Shown: positions 9,901-27,900 of the stretch, in pieces
Numbering within the stretch: the first letter of the stretch is position 1
Layout: every line of letters starts with the position of its first letter
Assembly (NCBI GenBank): GCA_964016885.1
Contig: OZ024741.1
Span: 411,122,001 to 411,186,000 of the forward strand
Direction: 5' to 3'
From: Eledone cirrhosa
Taxonomy: Eukaryota
Length of the DNA stretch: 64,000 bases
The notes under the pieces: model-generated
What the model saw: the letters and a program-made list of their open reading frames with translations, nothing else
The model's database searches: none
What the model was told of the DNA's origin: nothing
Position numbers and translations under genes: made by a program

Positions 9901-12900
9901 ATAGTGATATAATAATATATCTATAGTGATATAATATATCTATAGTGATATAACATATATATAGTGAAATAATAATATATCTATAGTGATGTAATATATC
10001 TACATTGATATAATATATCTATAGTGATATAATATATCTATAGTGATATAATAATATATCTAGTGATATAATATATCTACAGTGATATAATAATATATCT
10101 ACAGTGATATAATAATATATCTATAGTGATATAATAATATATCTATAGTGACATAATAATATATCTATACTGATATAATAATATATCTACAGTGATATAA
10201 TAATATATCTATAGCGATATAATATATCTATAGTGATATACTATATCTACAGTGATATAATAATATATCTATAGTGATATAATATATCTACAGTGATATA
10301 ATAATATATCTGTAGTAATATAATAATTTATCTATAGTGATATACTATATCTACAGTGATATAATATATCTATAGTGATATAATACTATATCTATAGTGA
10401 TATAATAATATATCTACAGTGATATAATATATCTATAGTGATATAATAATATATCTATAGTGACATAATAATATATCTATAGTGATATAATAATATATCT
10501 ATAGTGATATAATAATATATCTATAGTGATATAATAACATATATCTATAGTCATATAATATATCTACAGTGATATAATAATATATCAATAGTGATATAAT
10601 AATATATCTATAGTGAAATAATAATATATCTATAGTGATATATCTATAGTGATATAATATATCTACAGTGATATAATATATCTACAGTGATATAATAATA
10701 TATCTATAGTGATATAATAATATATCTATAGTGATATAATAATATATCTATAGAGATATAATAATATATCTATAGCGATATAATACTATATCTATAGTGA
10801 TATAATAATATATCTACAGTGATATAATAACATGTATCTATAGTTATATAATATATCTACAGTGATATAATATATCTACAGTGATATAATATATCTACAG
10901 TGATATAATATATCTACAGGGATATAATAACATATCTATAGTGATATAATAATATATCTATAGTGATATAATAATATATCTATAGTGATATAATAATATA
11001 TCTATAGTGATATAATAACATATATCTATAGTCATATAATATATCTACAGTGATATAATAATATATCAATAGTGATATAATAATATATCTATAGTGAAAT
11101 AGTAATATATCTATAGTGATATATCTATAGTGATATAATATATCTACAGTGATATAATATATCTACAGTGATATAATAATATATCTATAGTGATATAATA
11201 ATATATTTATAGTGATATAATAATATATCTACAGTGATATAATATATCTATAGTGATATAATAATATATCTATAGTGATATAATAATATAGCTATAGTGA
11301 TATAATAATATATCTATAGTGATTAGTGATATAATAATATATCTATAGTGATATAATAATATATCTATAGTGATATCATAATATATCTATAGCGATATAA
11401 TAATATATCATTAGTGATATAATATATCTATAGTGATATAATATATCTACAGTGATATAATAATATATCTATAGTGATATACTATATGTACAGTGATATA
11501 ATATATCTATAGTGATATAATAACATATCTATAGTGATATAATAATATATCTATAGTGATATAATATATCGACAGTGATATAATATATCTACAGTGATAT
11601 AATAATATATCTACAGTGATATAATAATATATCTACAGAGATATAATAATATATCTACAGTGATATAATAATATATCTATAGTGATATAATAATATATCT
11701 ATAGTAATATAACAATATATCTATAGTAATATAATATATCTATAGTAATATGATATATCTATAGTGATATAATAATATATCTGTAGTGATATAATAATAT
11801 ATCTATAGTGATATAATAATATATCTATAGTGATATAATAACATATATCTATGGTGATATAATAATATATCTACAGTGATATAATAATATATCTATAGTG
11901 AAATAATAATATATTTATAGTGATATATCTATCGTGATATAATATATCTACAGTGAAATAATATATCTACAGTGATATAATAACATATCTATAGTGATAT
12001 AATAATATATCTATAGTGATATAACAATATATCTATAGTGATATAATATATCTATAGTGTTATAACAAATCTATAGTGATATAATAATATATCTATAGTG
12101 ATGTAATATATCTACAGTGATATAATAGTATATCTATAGTGATATAATAATATATCTATAGTGATATAATAATATATCTACAGTGATTAGTGATATAATA
12201 ATATAGCTATAGTGATATAATAATATATCTACAGTGATATAGTAATATATCTACAGTGATATAATAATATATCTATAGTGATATGATAATATATCTATAG
12301 TGATATAATAATATATCTACAGTGATATAATATATCTACAGTGATATAATAATATATCTACAGTGATATAATAATATATCTACAGTGATATAATAATATA
12401 TCTACAGTGATATAATAATATATCTATAGTGATATAATAATATATCTACAGTGATATAATAATATATCTACAGTGATATAATAATATATCTACAGTGATA
12501 TAATAATATATCTATAGCGATATAATAATATATTTACAGTGATATAATAATATATCTACAGTGATATAATAATATATCTACAGTGATATAATAATATATC
12601 TATAGTGATATAATAATATATCTATAGTGATATAATAATATATCTATAGTGATATAATAATATATCTATAGTGACATACTAATATATCTATACTGATATA
12701 ATAATATATCTACAGTGATATAATAATATATCTATAGTGATAGAATAATATATCTATAGTGATATAATAATATATCTATAGTGATATAATAATATATCTA
12801 TAGTGATATAATAATATATCTATAGCGATATAATACTATATCTATAGTGATATACTATATCTACAGTGATATAATAATATATCTATAGTGATATAATATA

Positions 12901-15900
12901 TCTAGTGATATAATAATATATCTGTAGTGATAAAATAATATATCTATAGTGATATACTATATCTACAGTGATATAATATATCTATAGTGATATAATACTA
13001 TATCTATAGTGATATAATAATATATCTACAGTGATATAATAACATGTATCTATAGTTATATAATATATCTACAGTGATATAATATATCTACAGTGATATA
13101 ATATATCTACAGTGATATAATATATCTACAGGGATATAATAATATATCTATAGTGATATAATAATATATCTATAGTGATATAATAATATATCTATAGTGA
13201 TATAATATATCTATGGTAATATAATAATATATCTATAGTGATATAATAATATAGCTATAGTGATATAATATATCTATAGTGATATAACATATATATAGTG
13301 AAATAATAATATATCTATAGTGATGTAATATATCTACATTGATATAATATATCTATAGTGATATAATATATCTATAGTGATATAATAATATATCTAGTGA
13401 TATAATATATCTACAGTGATATAATAATATATCTACAGTGATATAATAATATATCTATAGTGATATAATAATATATCTATAGTGACATAATAATATATCT
13501 ATACTGATATAATAATATATCTACAGTGATATAATAATATATCTATAGCGATATAATATATCTATAGTGATATACTATATCTACAGTGATATAATAATAT
13601 ATCTATAGTGATATAATATATCTACAGTGATATAATAATATATCTGTAGTAATATAATAATTTATCTATAGTGATATACTATATCTACAGTGATATAATA
13701 TATCTATAGTGATATAATACTATATCTATAGTGATATAATAATATATCTACAGTGATATAATATATCTATAGTGATATAATAATATATCTATAGTGACAT
13801 AATAATATATCTATAGTGATATAATAATATATCTATAGTGATATAATAATATATCTATAGTGATATAATAACATATATCTATAGTCATATAATATATCTA
13901 CAGTGATATAATAATATATCAATAGTGATATAATAATATATCTATAGTGAAATAATAATATATCTATAGTGATATATCTATAGTGATATAATATATCTAC
14001 AGTGATATAATATATCTACAGTGATATAATAATATATCTATAGTGATATAATAATATATCTATAGTGATATAATAATATATCTATAGAGATATAATAATA
14101 TATCTATAGCGATATAATACTATATCTATAGTGATATAATAATATATCTACAGTGATATAATAACATGTATCTATAGTTATATAATATATCTACAGTGAT
14201 ATAATATATCTACAGTGATATAATATATCTACAGTGATATAATATATCTACAGGGATATAATAATATATCTATAGTGATATAATAATATATCTATAGTGA
14301 TATAATAATATATCTATAGTGATATAATAACATATATCTATAGTCATATAATATATCTACAGTGATATAATAATATATCAATAGTGATATAATAATATAT
14401 CTATAGTGAAATAATAATATATCTATAGTGATATATCTATAGTGATATAATATATCTACAGTGATATAATATATCTACAGTGATATAATAATATATCTAT
14501 AGTGATATAATAATATATTTATAGTGATATAATAATATATCTACAGTGATATAATATATCTATAGTGATATAATAATATATCTATAGTGATATAATAATA
14601 TAGCTATAGTGATATAATAATATATCTATAGTGATTAGTGATATAATAATATATCTATAGTGATATAATAATATATCTATAGTGATATCATAATATATCT
14701 ATAGCGATATAATAATATATCATTAGTGATATAATATATCTATAGTGATATAATATATCTACAGTGATATAATAATATATCTATAGTGATATACTATATG
14801 TACAGTGATATAATATATCTATAGTGATATAATAATATATCTATAGTGATATAATAATATATCTATAGTGATATAATATATCGACAGTGATATAATATAT
14901 CTACAGTGATATAATAATATATCTACAGTGATATAATAATATATCTACAGAGATATAATAATATATCTACAGTGATATAATAATATATCTATAGTGATAT
15001 AATAATATATCTATAGTAATATAAGAATATATCTATAGTAATATAATATATCTATAGTAATATGATATATCTATAGTGATATAATAATATATCTGTAGTG
15101 ATATAATAATATATCTATAGTGATATAATAATATATCTATAGTGATATAATAACATATATCTATGGTGATATAATAATATATCTACAGTGATATAATAAT
15201 ATATCTATAGTGAAATAATAATATATTTATAGTGATATATCTATCGTGATATAATATATCTACAGTGAAATAATATATCTACAGTGATATAATAACATAT
15301 CTATAGTGATATAATAATATATCTATAGTGATATAACAATATATCTATAGGGATATAATATATCTATAGTGTTATAACAAATCTATAGTGATATAATAAT
15401 ATATCTATAGTGATGTAATATATCTACAGTGATATAATAGTATATCTATAGTGATATAATAATATATCTATAGTGATATAATAATATATCTACAGTGATT
15501 AGTGATATAATAATATAGCTATAGTGATATAATAATATATCTACAGTGATATAGTAATATATCTACAGTGATATAATAATATATCTATAGTGATATAATA
15601 ATATATCTATAGTGATATAATAATATATCTACAGTGATATAATAATATATCTACAGTGATATAATAATATATCTACAGTGATATAATAATATATCTACAG
15701 TGATATAATAATATATCTATAGTGATATAATAATATATCTACATTGATATAATAATATATCTACAGTGATATAATAATATATCTACAGTGATATAATAAT
15801 ATATCTATAGCGATATAATAATATATTTACAGTGATATAATAATATATCTACAGTGATATAATAATATATCTACAGTGATATAATAATATATCTATAGTG

Positions 15901-18900
15901 ATATAATAATATATCTATAGTGATATAATAATATATCTATAGTGATATAATAATATATCTATAGTGACATACTAATATATCTATACTGATAAAATAATAT
16001 ATCTACAGTGATATAATAATATATCTATAGTGATAGAATAATATATCTATAGTGATATAATAATATATCTATAGTGATATAATAATATATCTATAGTGAT
16101 ATAATAATATATCTATAGCGATATAATACTATATCTATAGTGATATACTATATCTACAGTGATATAATAATATATCTATAGTGATATAATATATCTAGTG
16201 ATATAATAATATATCTGTAGTGATAAAATAATATATCTATAGTGATATACTATATCTACAGTGATATAATATATCTATAGTGATATAATACTATATCTAT
16301 AGTGATATAATAATATATCTACAGTGATATAATAACATGTATCTATAGTTATATAATATATCTACAGTGATATAATATATCTACAGTGATATAATATATC
16401 TACAGGGATATAATAATATATCTATAGTGATATAATAATATATCTATAGTGATATAATAATATATCTACAGTGATATAATATATCTATCGTAATATAATA
16501 ATATATCTATAGTGATATAATAATATAGCTATAGTGATATAATATATCTATAGTGATATAACATATATATAGTGAAATAATAATATATCTATAGTGATGT
16601 AATATATCTACATTGATATAATATATCTATAGTGATATAATATATCTATAGTGATATAATAATATATCTACAGTGATATAATAATATATCTATAGTGATA
16701 TAATAATATATCTATAGTGACATAATAATATATCTATACTGATATAATAATATATCTACAGTGATATAATAATATATCTATAGCGATATAATATATCTAT
16801 AGTGATATACTATATCTACAGTGATATAATATATCTATAGTGATATAATATATCTACAGTGATATAATAATATATCTGTAGTAATATAATAATTTATCTA
16901 TAGTGATATACTATATCTACAGTGATATAATATATCTATAGTGATATAATACTATATCTATAGTGATATAATAATATATCTACAGTGATATAATATATCT
17001 ATAGTGATATAATAATATATCTATAGTGACATAATAATATATCTATAGTGATATAATAATATATCTATAGTGATATAATAATATATCTATAGTGATATAA
17101 TAACATATATCTATAGTCATATAATATATCTACAGTGATATAATAATATATCAATAGTGATATAATAATATATCTATAGTGAAATAATAATATATCTATA
17201 GTGATATATCTATAGTGATATAATATATCTACAGTGATATAATATATCTACAGTGATATAATAATATATCTATAGTGATATAATAATATATCTATAGTGA
17301 TATAATAATATATCTACAGTGATATAATATATCTATAGTGATATAATAATATATCTATAGTGATATAATAATATAGCTATAGTGATATAATAATATATCT
17401 ATAGTGATTAGTGATATAATAATATATCTATAGTGATATAATAATATATCTATAGTGATATAATAATATATCTATAGCGATATAATAATATATCATTAGT
17501 GATATAATATATCTATAGTGATATAATATATCTACAGTGATATAATAATATATCTAGAGTGATATACTATATGTACAGTGATATAATATATCTATAGTGA
17601 TATAACAATATATCTATAGTGATATAATAATATATCTATAGTGATATAATATATCTACAGTGATATAATATATCTACAGTGATATAATAATATATCTACA
17701 GTGATATAATAATATATCTATAGTGATATATCTATAGTGATATAATATATCTACAGTGATATAATATATCTACAGTGATATAATAATATATCTACAGTGA
17801 TATAATAATATATCTATAGTGATATAATAATATATCTACATTGATATAATAATATATCTACAGTGATATAATAATATATCTACAGTGATATAATAATATA
17901 TCTATAGCGATATAATAATATATTTACAGTGATATAATAATATATCTACAGTGATATAATAATATATCTACAGTGATATAATAATATATCTATAGTGATA
18001 TAATAATATATCTATAGTGATATAATAATATATCTATAGTGATATAATAATATATCTATAGTGACATACTAATATATCTATACTGATAAAATAATATATC
18101 TACAGTGATATAATAATATATCTATAGTGATAGAATAATATATCTATAGTGATATAATAATATATCTATAGTGATATAATAATATATCTATAGTGATATA
18201 ATAATATATCTATAGCGATATAATACTATATCTATAGTGATATACTATATCTACAGTGATATAATAATATATCTATAGTGATATAATATATCTAGTGATA
18301 TAATAATATATCTGTAGTGATAAAATAATATATCTATAGTGATATACTATATCTACAGTGATATAATATATCTATAGTGATATAATACTATATCTATAGT
18401 GATATAATAATATATCTACAGTGATATAATAACATGTATCTATAGTTATATAATATATCTACAGTGATATAATATATCTACAGTGATATAATATATCTAC
18501 AGGGATATAATAATATATCTATAGTGATATAATAATATATCTATAGTGATATAATAATATATCTACAGTGATATAATATATCTATCGTAATATAATAATA
18601 TATCTATAGTGATATAATAATATAGCTATAGTGATATAATATATCTATAGTGATATAACATATATATAGTGAAATAATAATATATCTATAGTGATGTAAT
18701 ATATCTACATTGATATAATATATCTATAGTGATATAATATATCTATAGTGATATAATAATATATCTACAGTGATATAATAATATATCTATAGTGATATAA
18801 TAATATATCTATAGTGACATAATAATATATCTATACTGATATAATAATATATCTACAGTGATATAATAATATATCTATAGCGATATAATATATCTATAGT

Positions 18901-21900
18901 GATATACTATATCTACAGTGATATAATATATCTATAGTGATATAATATATCTACAGTGATATAATAATATATCTGTAGTAATATAATAATTTATCTATAG
19001 TGATATACTATATCTACAGTGATATAATATATCTATAGTGATATAATACTATATCTATAGTGATATAATAATATATCTACAGTGATATAATATATCTATA
19101 GTGATATAATAATATATCTATAGTGACATAATAATATATCTATAGTGATATAATAATATATCTATAGTGATATAATAATATATCTATAGTGATATAATAA
19201 CATATATCTATAGTCATATAATATATCTACAGTGATATAATAATATATCAATAGTGATATAATAATATATCTATAGTGAAATAATAATATATCTATAGTG
19301 ATATATCTATAGTGATATAATATATCTACAGTGATATAATATATCTACAGTGATATAATAATATATCTATAGTGATATAATAATATATCTATAGTGATAT
19401 AATAATATATCTACAGTGATATAATATATCTATAGTGATATAATAATATATCTATAGTGATATAATAATATAGCTATAGTGATATAATAATATATCTATA
19501 GTGATTAGTGATATAATAATATATCTATAGTGATATAATAATATATCTATAGTGATATAATAATATATCTATAGCGATATAATAATATATCATTAGTGAT
19601 ATAATATATCTATAGTGATATAATATATCTACAGTGATATAATAATATATCTAGAGTGATATACTATATGTACAGTGATATAATATATCTATAGTGATAT
19701 AACAATATATCTATAGTGATATAATAATATATCTATAGTGATATAATATATCTACAGTGATATAATATATCTACAGTGATATAATAATATATCTACAGTG
19801 ATATAATAATATATCTATAGTGATATATCTATAGTGATATAATATATCTACAGTGATATAATATATCTACAGTGATATAATAATATATCTATAGTGATAT
19901 AATAATATATCTATAGTGATATAATAATATATCTATAGAGATATAATAATATATCTATAGCGATATAATACTATATCTATAGTGATATAATAATATATCT
20001 ACAGTGATATAATAACATGTATCTATAGTTATATAATATATCTACAGTGATATAATATATCTACAGTGATATAATATATCTACAGTGATATAATATATCT
20101 ACAGGGATATAATAATATATCTATAGTGATATAATAATATATCTATAGTGATATAATAATATATCTATAGTGATATAATAACATATATCTATAGTCATAT
20201 AATATATCTACAGTGATATAATAATATATCAATAGTGATATAATAATATATCTATAGTGAAATAATAATATATCTATAGTGATATATCTATAGTGATATA
20301 ATATATCTACAGTGATATAATATATCTACAGTGATATAATAATATATCTATAGTCATATAATAATATATTTATAGTGATATAATAATATATCTACAGTGA
20401 TATAATATATCTATAGTGATATAATAATATATCTATAGTGATATAATAATATAGCTATAGTGATATAATAATATATCTATAGTGATTAGTGATATAATAA
20501 TATATCTATAGTGATATAATAATATATCTATAGTGATATCATAATATATCTATAGCGATATCATAATATATCATTAGTGATATAATATATCTATAGTGAT
20601 ATAATATATCTACAGTGATATAATAATATATCTATAGTGATATACTATATGTACAGTGATATAATATATCTATAGTGATATAATAATATATCTATAGTGA
20701 TATAATAATATATCTATAGTGATATAATATATCGACAGTGATATAATATATCTACAGTGATATAATAATATATCTACAGTGATATAATAATATATCTACA
20801 GAGATATAATAATATATCTACAGTGATATAATAATATATCTATAGTGATATAATAATATATCTATAGTAATATAATATATCTATAGTAATATGATATATC
20901 TATAGTGATATAATAATATATCTGTAGTGATATAATAATATATCTATAGTGATATAATAATATATCTATAGTGATATAATAACATATATCTATGGTGATA
21001 TAATAATATATCTACAGTGATATAATAATATATCTATAGTGAAATAATAATATATTTATAGTGATATATCTATCGTGATATAATATATCTACAGTGAAAT
21101 AATATATCTACAGTGATATAATAACATATCTATAGTGATATAATAATATATCTATAGTGATATAACAATATATCTATAGTGATATAATATATTTATAGTG
21201 TTATAACAAATCTATAGTGATATAATAATATATCTATAGTGATGTAATATATCTACAGTGATATAATAGTATATCTATAGTGATATAATAATATATCTAT
21301 AGTGATATAATAATATATCTACAGTGATTAGTGATATAATAATATAGCTATAGTGATATAATAATATATCTACAGTGATATAGTAATATATCTACAGTGA
21401 TATATTAATATATCTATAGTGATATAATAATATATCTATAGTGATATAATAATATATCTACAGTGATATAATAATATATCTACAGTGATATAATAATATA
21501 TCTACAGTGATATAATAATATATCTACAGTGATATAATAATATATCTATAGTGATATAATAATATATCTACATTGATATAATAATATATCTACAGTGATA
21601 TAATAATATATCTACAGTGATATAATAATATATCTATAGCGATATAATAATATATTTACAGTGATATAATAATATATCTACAGTGATATAATAATATATC
21701 TACAGTGATATAATAATATATCTATAGTGATATAATAATATATCTATAGTGATATAATAATATATCTATAGTGATATAATAATATATCTATACTGACATA
21801 CTAATATATCTATACTGATAAAATAATATATCTACAGTGATATAATAATATATCTATAGTGATAGAATAATATATCTATAGTGATATAATAATATATCTA

Positions 21901-24900
21901 TAGTGATATAATAATATATCTATAGTGATATAATAATATATCTATAGCGATATAATACTATATCTATAGTGATATACTATATCTACAGTGATATAATAAT
22001 ATATCTATAGTGATATAATATATCTAGTGATATAATAATATATCTGTAGTGATAAAATAATATATCTATAGTGATATACTATATCTACATTGATATAATA
22101 TATCTATAGTGATATAATACTATATCTATAGTGATATAATAATATATCTACAGTGATATAATAACATGTATCTATAGTTATATAATATATCTACAGTGAT
22201 ATAATATATCTACAGTGATATAATATATCTACAGTGATATAATATATCTACAGGGATATAATAATATATCTATAGTGATATAATAATATATCTATAGTGA
22301 TATAATAATATATCTACAGTGATATAATATATCTATGGTAATATAATAATATATCTATAGTGATATAATAATATAGCTATAGTGATATAATATATCTATA
22401 GTGATATAACATATATATAGTGAAATAATAATATATCTATAGTGATATAATATATCTACAGTGATATAATAATATATCTACAGTGATATAATAATATATC
22501 TATAGTGATATAATAATATATCTATAGTGACATAATAATATATCTATACTGATATAATAATATATCTACAGTGATATAATAATATATCTATAGCGATATA
22601 ATATATCTATAGTGATATACTATATCTACAGTGATATAATAATATATCTATAGTGATATAATATATCTACAGTGATATAATAATATATCTGTAGTAATAT
22701 AATAATTTATCTATAGTGATATACTATATCTACAGTGATATAATATATCTATAGTGATATAATACTATATCTATAGTGATATAATAATATATCTACAGTG
22801 ATATAATATATCTATAGTGATATAATAATATATCTATAGTGACATAATAATATATCTATAGTGATATAATAATATATCTATAGTGATATAATAATATATC
22901 TATAGTGATATAATAACATATATCTATAGTCATATAATATATCTACAGTGATATAATAATATATCAATAGTGATATAATAATATATCTATAGTGAAATAA
23001 TAATATATCTATAGTGATATATCTATAGTGATATAATATATCTACAGTGATATAATATATCTACAGTGATATAATAATATATCTATAGTGATATAATAAT
23101 ATATCTATAGTGATATAATAATATATCTACAGTGATATAATATATCTATAGTGATATAATAATATATCTATAGTGATATAATAATATAGCTATAGTGATA
23201 TAATAATATATCTATAGTGATTAGTGATATAATCATATATCTATAGTGATATAATAATATATCTATAGCGATATAATAATATATCATTAGTGATATAATA
23301 TATCTATAGTGATATAATATATCTACAGTGATATAATAATATATCTAGAGTGATATACTATATGTACAGTGATATAATATATCTATAGTGATATAACAAT
23401 ATATCTATAGTGATATAATAATATATCTATAGTGATATAATATATCTACAGTGATATAATATATCTACAGTGATATAATATATCTACAGTGATATAATAA
23501 TATATCTACAGTGATATAATAATATATCTACAGAGATATAATAATATATCTACAGTGATATAATAATATATCTATAGTGATATAATAATATATCTATAGT
23601 AATATAACAATATATCTATAGTAATATAATATATCTATAGTGATATAATAATATATCTATAGTGATATAATAATATATCTATAGTGATATAATATATCTA
23701 TAGTGATATAATATATCTACAGTGATATAATAATATATCTGTAGTGATATAATAATATATCTATAGTGATATAATAATATATCTATAGTGATATAATAAT
23801 ATATCTATAGTGATATAATAACATATATCTACGGTGATATAATAATATATCTACAGTGATATAATAATATATCTATAGTGAAATAATAATATATTTATAG
23901 TGATATATCTATCGTGATATAATATATCTACAGTGAAATAATATATCTACAGTGATATAATAACATATCTATAGTGATATAATAATATATCTATAGTGAT
24001 ATAACAATATATCTATAGTGATATAATATATCTATAGTGTTATAACAAATCTATAGTGATATAATAATATATCTATAGTGATGTAATATATCTACAGTGA
24101 TATAATAGTATATCTATAGTGATATAATAATATATCTATAGTGATATAATAATATATCTACAGTGATTAGTGATATAATAATGTAGCTATAGTGATATAA
24201 TAATATATCTACGGTGATATAATAATATATCTACAGTGATATAATAATATATCTATAGTGATATAATAATATATCTACAGTGATATAATATATCTACAGT
24301 GATATAATAATATATCTACAGTGATATAATAATATATCTACAGTGATATAATAATATATCTACAGTGATATAATAATATATCTATAGTGATATAATAATA
24401 TATCTACAGTGATATAATAATATATCTACAGTGATATAATAATATATCTACAGTGATATAATAATATATCTATAGTGATATAATATATCTAGTGATATAA
24501 TAATATATCTGTAGTGATAAAATAATATATCTATAGTGATATACTATATCTACAGTGATATAATATATCTATAGTGATATAATACTATATCTATAGTGAT
24601 ATAATAATATATCTATAGTGATATAATAACATGTATCTATAGTTATATAATATATCTACAGTGATATAATATATCTACAGTGATATAATATATCTACAGT
24701 GATATAATAATATATCTATAGTGATATAATAATATATCTATAGTGATATAATAATATATCTACAGTGATATAATATATCTATGGTGATATAATAATATAT
24801 CTATAGTGATATAACAATATAGCTATAGTGATATAATAATATATCTATAGTGATATAACAATATATCTATAGTGATATAATAACATATATCTACAGTGAT

Positions 24901-27900
24901 ATAATAATATATCTACAGTGATATAATAATATATCTATAGTGAAATAATAATATATCTATAGTGATATATCTATAGTGATATAATATATCTACAGTGAAA
25001 TAATATATCTACAGTGATATAATAGTATATCTAGAGTGATATAATAATATATCTATAGTGATATAATAATATATCTACAGTGATACAATATATCTATAGT
25101 GATATAATAATATATCTATAGTGATATAATAATATAGCTATAGTGATATAATAATATATCTATAGTGATTAGTGATATAATAATATATCTATAGTGATAT
25201 AATAATATATCTATAGTGATATCATAATATATCTATAGCGATATAAAAATATATCATTAGTGATATAATATATCTATAGTGATATAATATATCTACAGTG
25301 ATATAATAATATATCTATAGTGATATACTATATGTACAGTGATATAATATATCTATAGTGATATAATAATATATCTATAGTGATATAATAATATATCTAT
25401 AGTGATATAATATATCGACAGTGATATAATATATCTACAGTGATATAATAATATATCTACAGTGATATAATAATATATCTACAGAGATATAATAATATAT
25501 CTACAGTGATATAATAATATATCTATAGTGATATAATAATATATCTATAGTAATATAACAATATATCTATAGTAATATAATATATCTATAGTAATATGAT
25601 ATATCTATAGTGATATAATAATATATCTGTAGTGATATAATAATATATCTATAGTGATATAATAATATATCTATAGTGATATAATAACATATATCTATGG
25701 TGATATAATAATATATCTACAGTGATATAATAATATATCTATAGTGAAATAATAATATATTTATAGTGATATATCTATCGTGATATAATATATCTACAGT
25801 GAAATAATATATCTACAGTGATATAATAACATATCTATAGTGATATAATAATATATCTATAGTGATATAACAATATATCTATAGTGATATAATATATCTA
25901 TAGTGTTATAACAAATCTATAGTGATATAATAATATATCTATAGTGATGTAATATATCTACAGTGATATAATAGTATATCTATAGTGATATAATAATATA
26001 TCTATAGTGATATAATAATATATCTACAGTGATTAGTGATATAATAATATAGCTATAGTGATATAATAATATATCTACAGTGATATAGTAATATATCTAC
26101 AGTGATATAATAATATATCTATAGTGATATAATAATATATCTATAGTGATATAATAATATATCTACAGTGATATAATATATCTACAGTGATATAATAATA
26201 TATCTACAGTGATATAATAATATATCTACAGTGATATAATAATATATCTACAGTGATATAATAATATATCTATAGTGATATAATAATATATCTACATTGA
26301 TATAATAATATATCTACAGTGATATAATAATATATCTACAGTGATATAATAATATATCTATAGCGATATAATAATATATTTACAGTGATATAATAATATA
26401 TCTACAGTGATATAATAATATATCTACAGTGATATAATAATATATCTATAGTGATATAATAATATATCTATAGTGATATAATAATATATCTATAGTGATA
26501 TAATAATATATCTATAGTGACATACTAATATATCTATACTGATAAAATAATATATCTACAGTGATATAATAATATATCTATAGTGATAGAATAATATATC
26601 TATAGTGATATAATAATATATCTATAGTGATATAATAATATATCTATAGTGATATAATAATATATCTATAGCGATATAATACTATATCTATAGTGATATA
26701 CTATATCTACAGTGATATAATAATATATCTATAGTGATATAATATATCTAGTGATATAATAATATATCTGTAGTGATAAAATAATATATCTATAGTGATA
26801 TACTATATCTACAGTGATATAATATATCTATAGTGATATAATACTATATCTATAGTGATATAATAATATATCTATAGCGATATAATAATATATCATTAGT
26901 GATATAATATATCTATAGTGATATAATATATCTACAGTGATATAATAATATATCTAGAGTGATATACTATATGTACAGTGATATAATATATCTATAGTGA
27001 TATAACAATATATCTATAGTGATATAATAATATATCTATAGTGATATAATATATCTACAGTGATATAATATATCTACAGTGATATAATAATATATCTACA
27101 GTGATATAATAATATATCTATAGTGATATATCTATAGTGATATAATATATCTACAGTGATATAATATATCTACAGTGATATAATAATATATCTATAGTGA
27201 TATAATAATATATCTATAGTAATATAATAATATATCTATAGAGATATAATAATATATCTATAGCGATATAATACTATATCTATAGTGATATAATAATATA
27301 TCTACAGTGATATAATAACATGTATCTATAGTTATATAATATATCTACAGTGATATAATATATCTACAGTGATATAATATATCTACAGTGATATAATATA
27401 TCTACAGGGATATAATAATATATCTATAGTGATATAATAATATATCTATAGTGATATAATAATATATCTATAGTGATATAATAACATATATCTATAGTCA
27501 TATAATATATCTACAGTGATATAATAATATATCAATAGTGATATAATAATATATCTATAGTGAAATAATAATATATCTATAGTGATATATCTATAGTGAT
27601 ATAATATATCTACAGTGATATAATATATCTACAGTGATATAATAATATATCTATAGTGATATAATAATATATTTATAGTGATATAATAATATATCTACAG
27701 TGATATAATATATCTATAGTGATATAATAATATATCTATAGTGATATAATAATATAGATATAGTGATATAATAATATATCTATAGTGATTAGTGATATAA
27801 TAATATATCTATAGTGATATAATAATATATCTATAGTGATATCATAATATATCTATAGCGATATAATAATATATCATTAGTGATATAATATATCTATAGT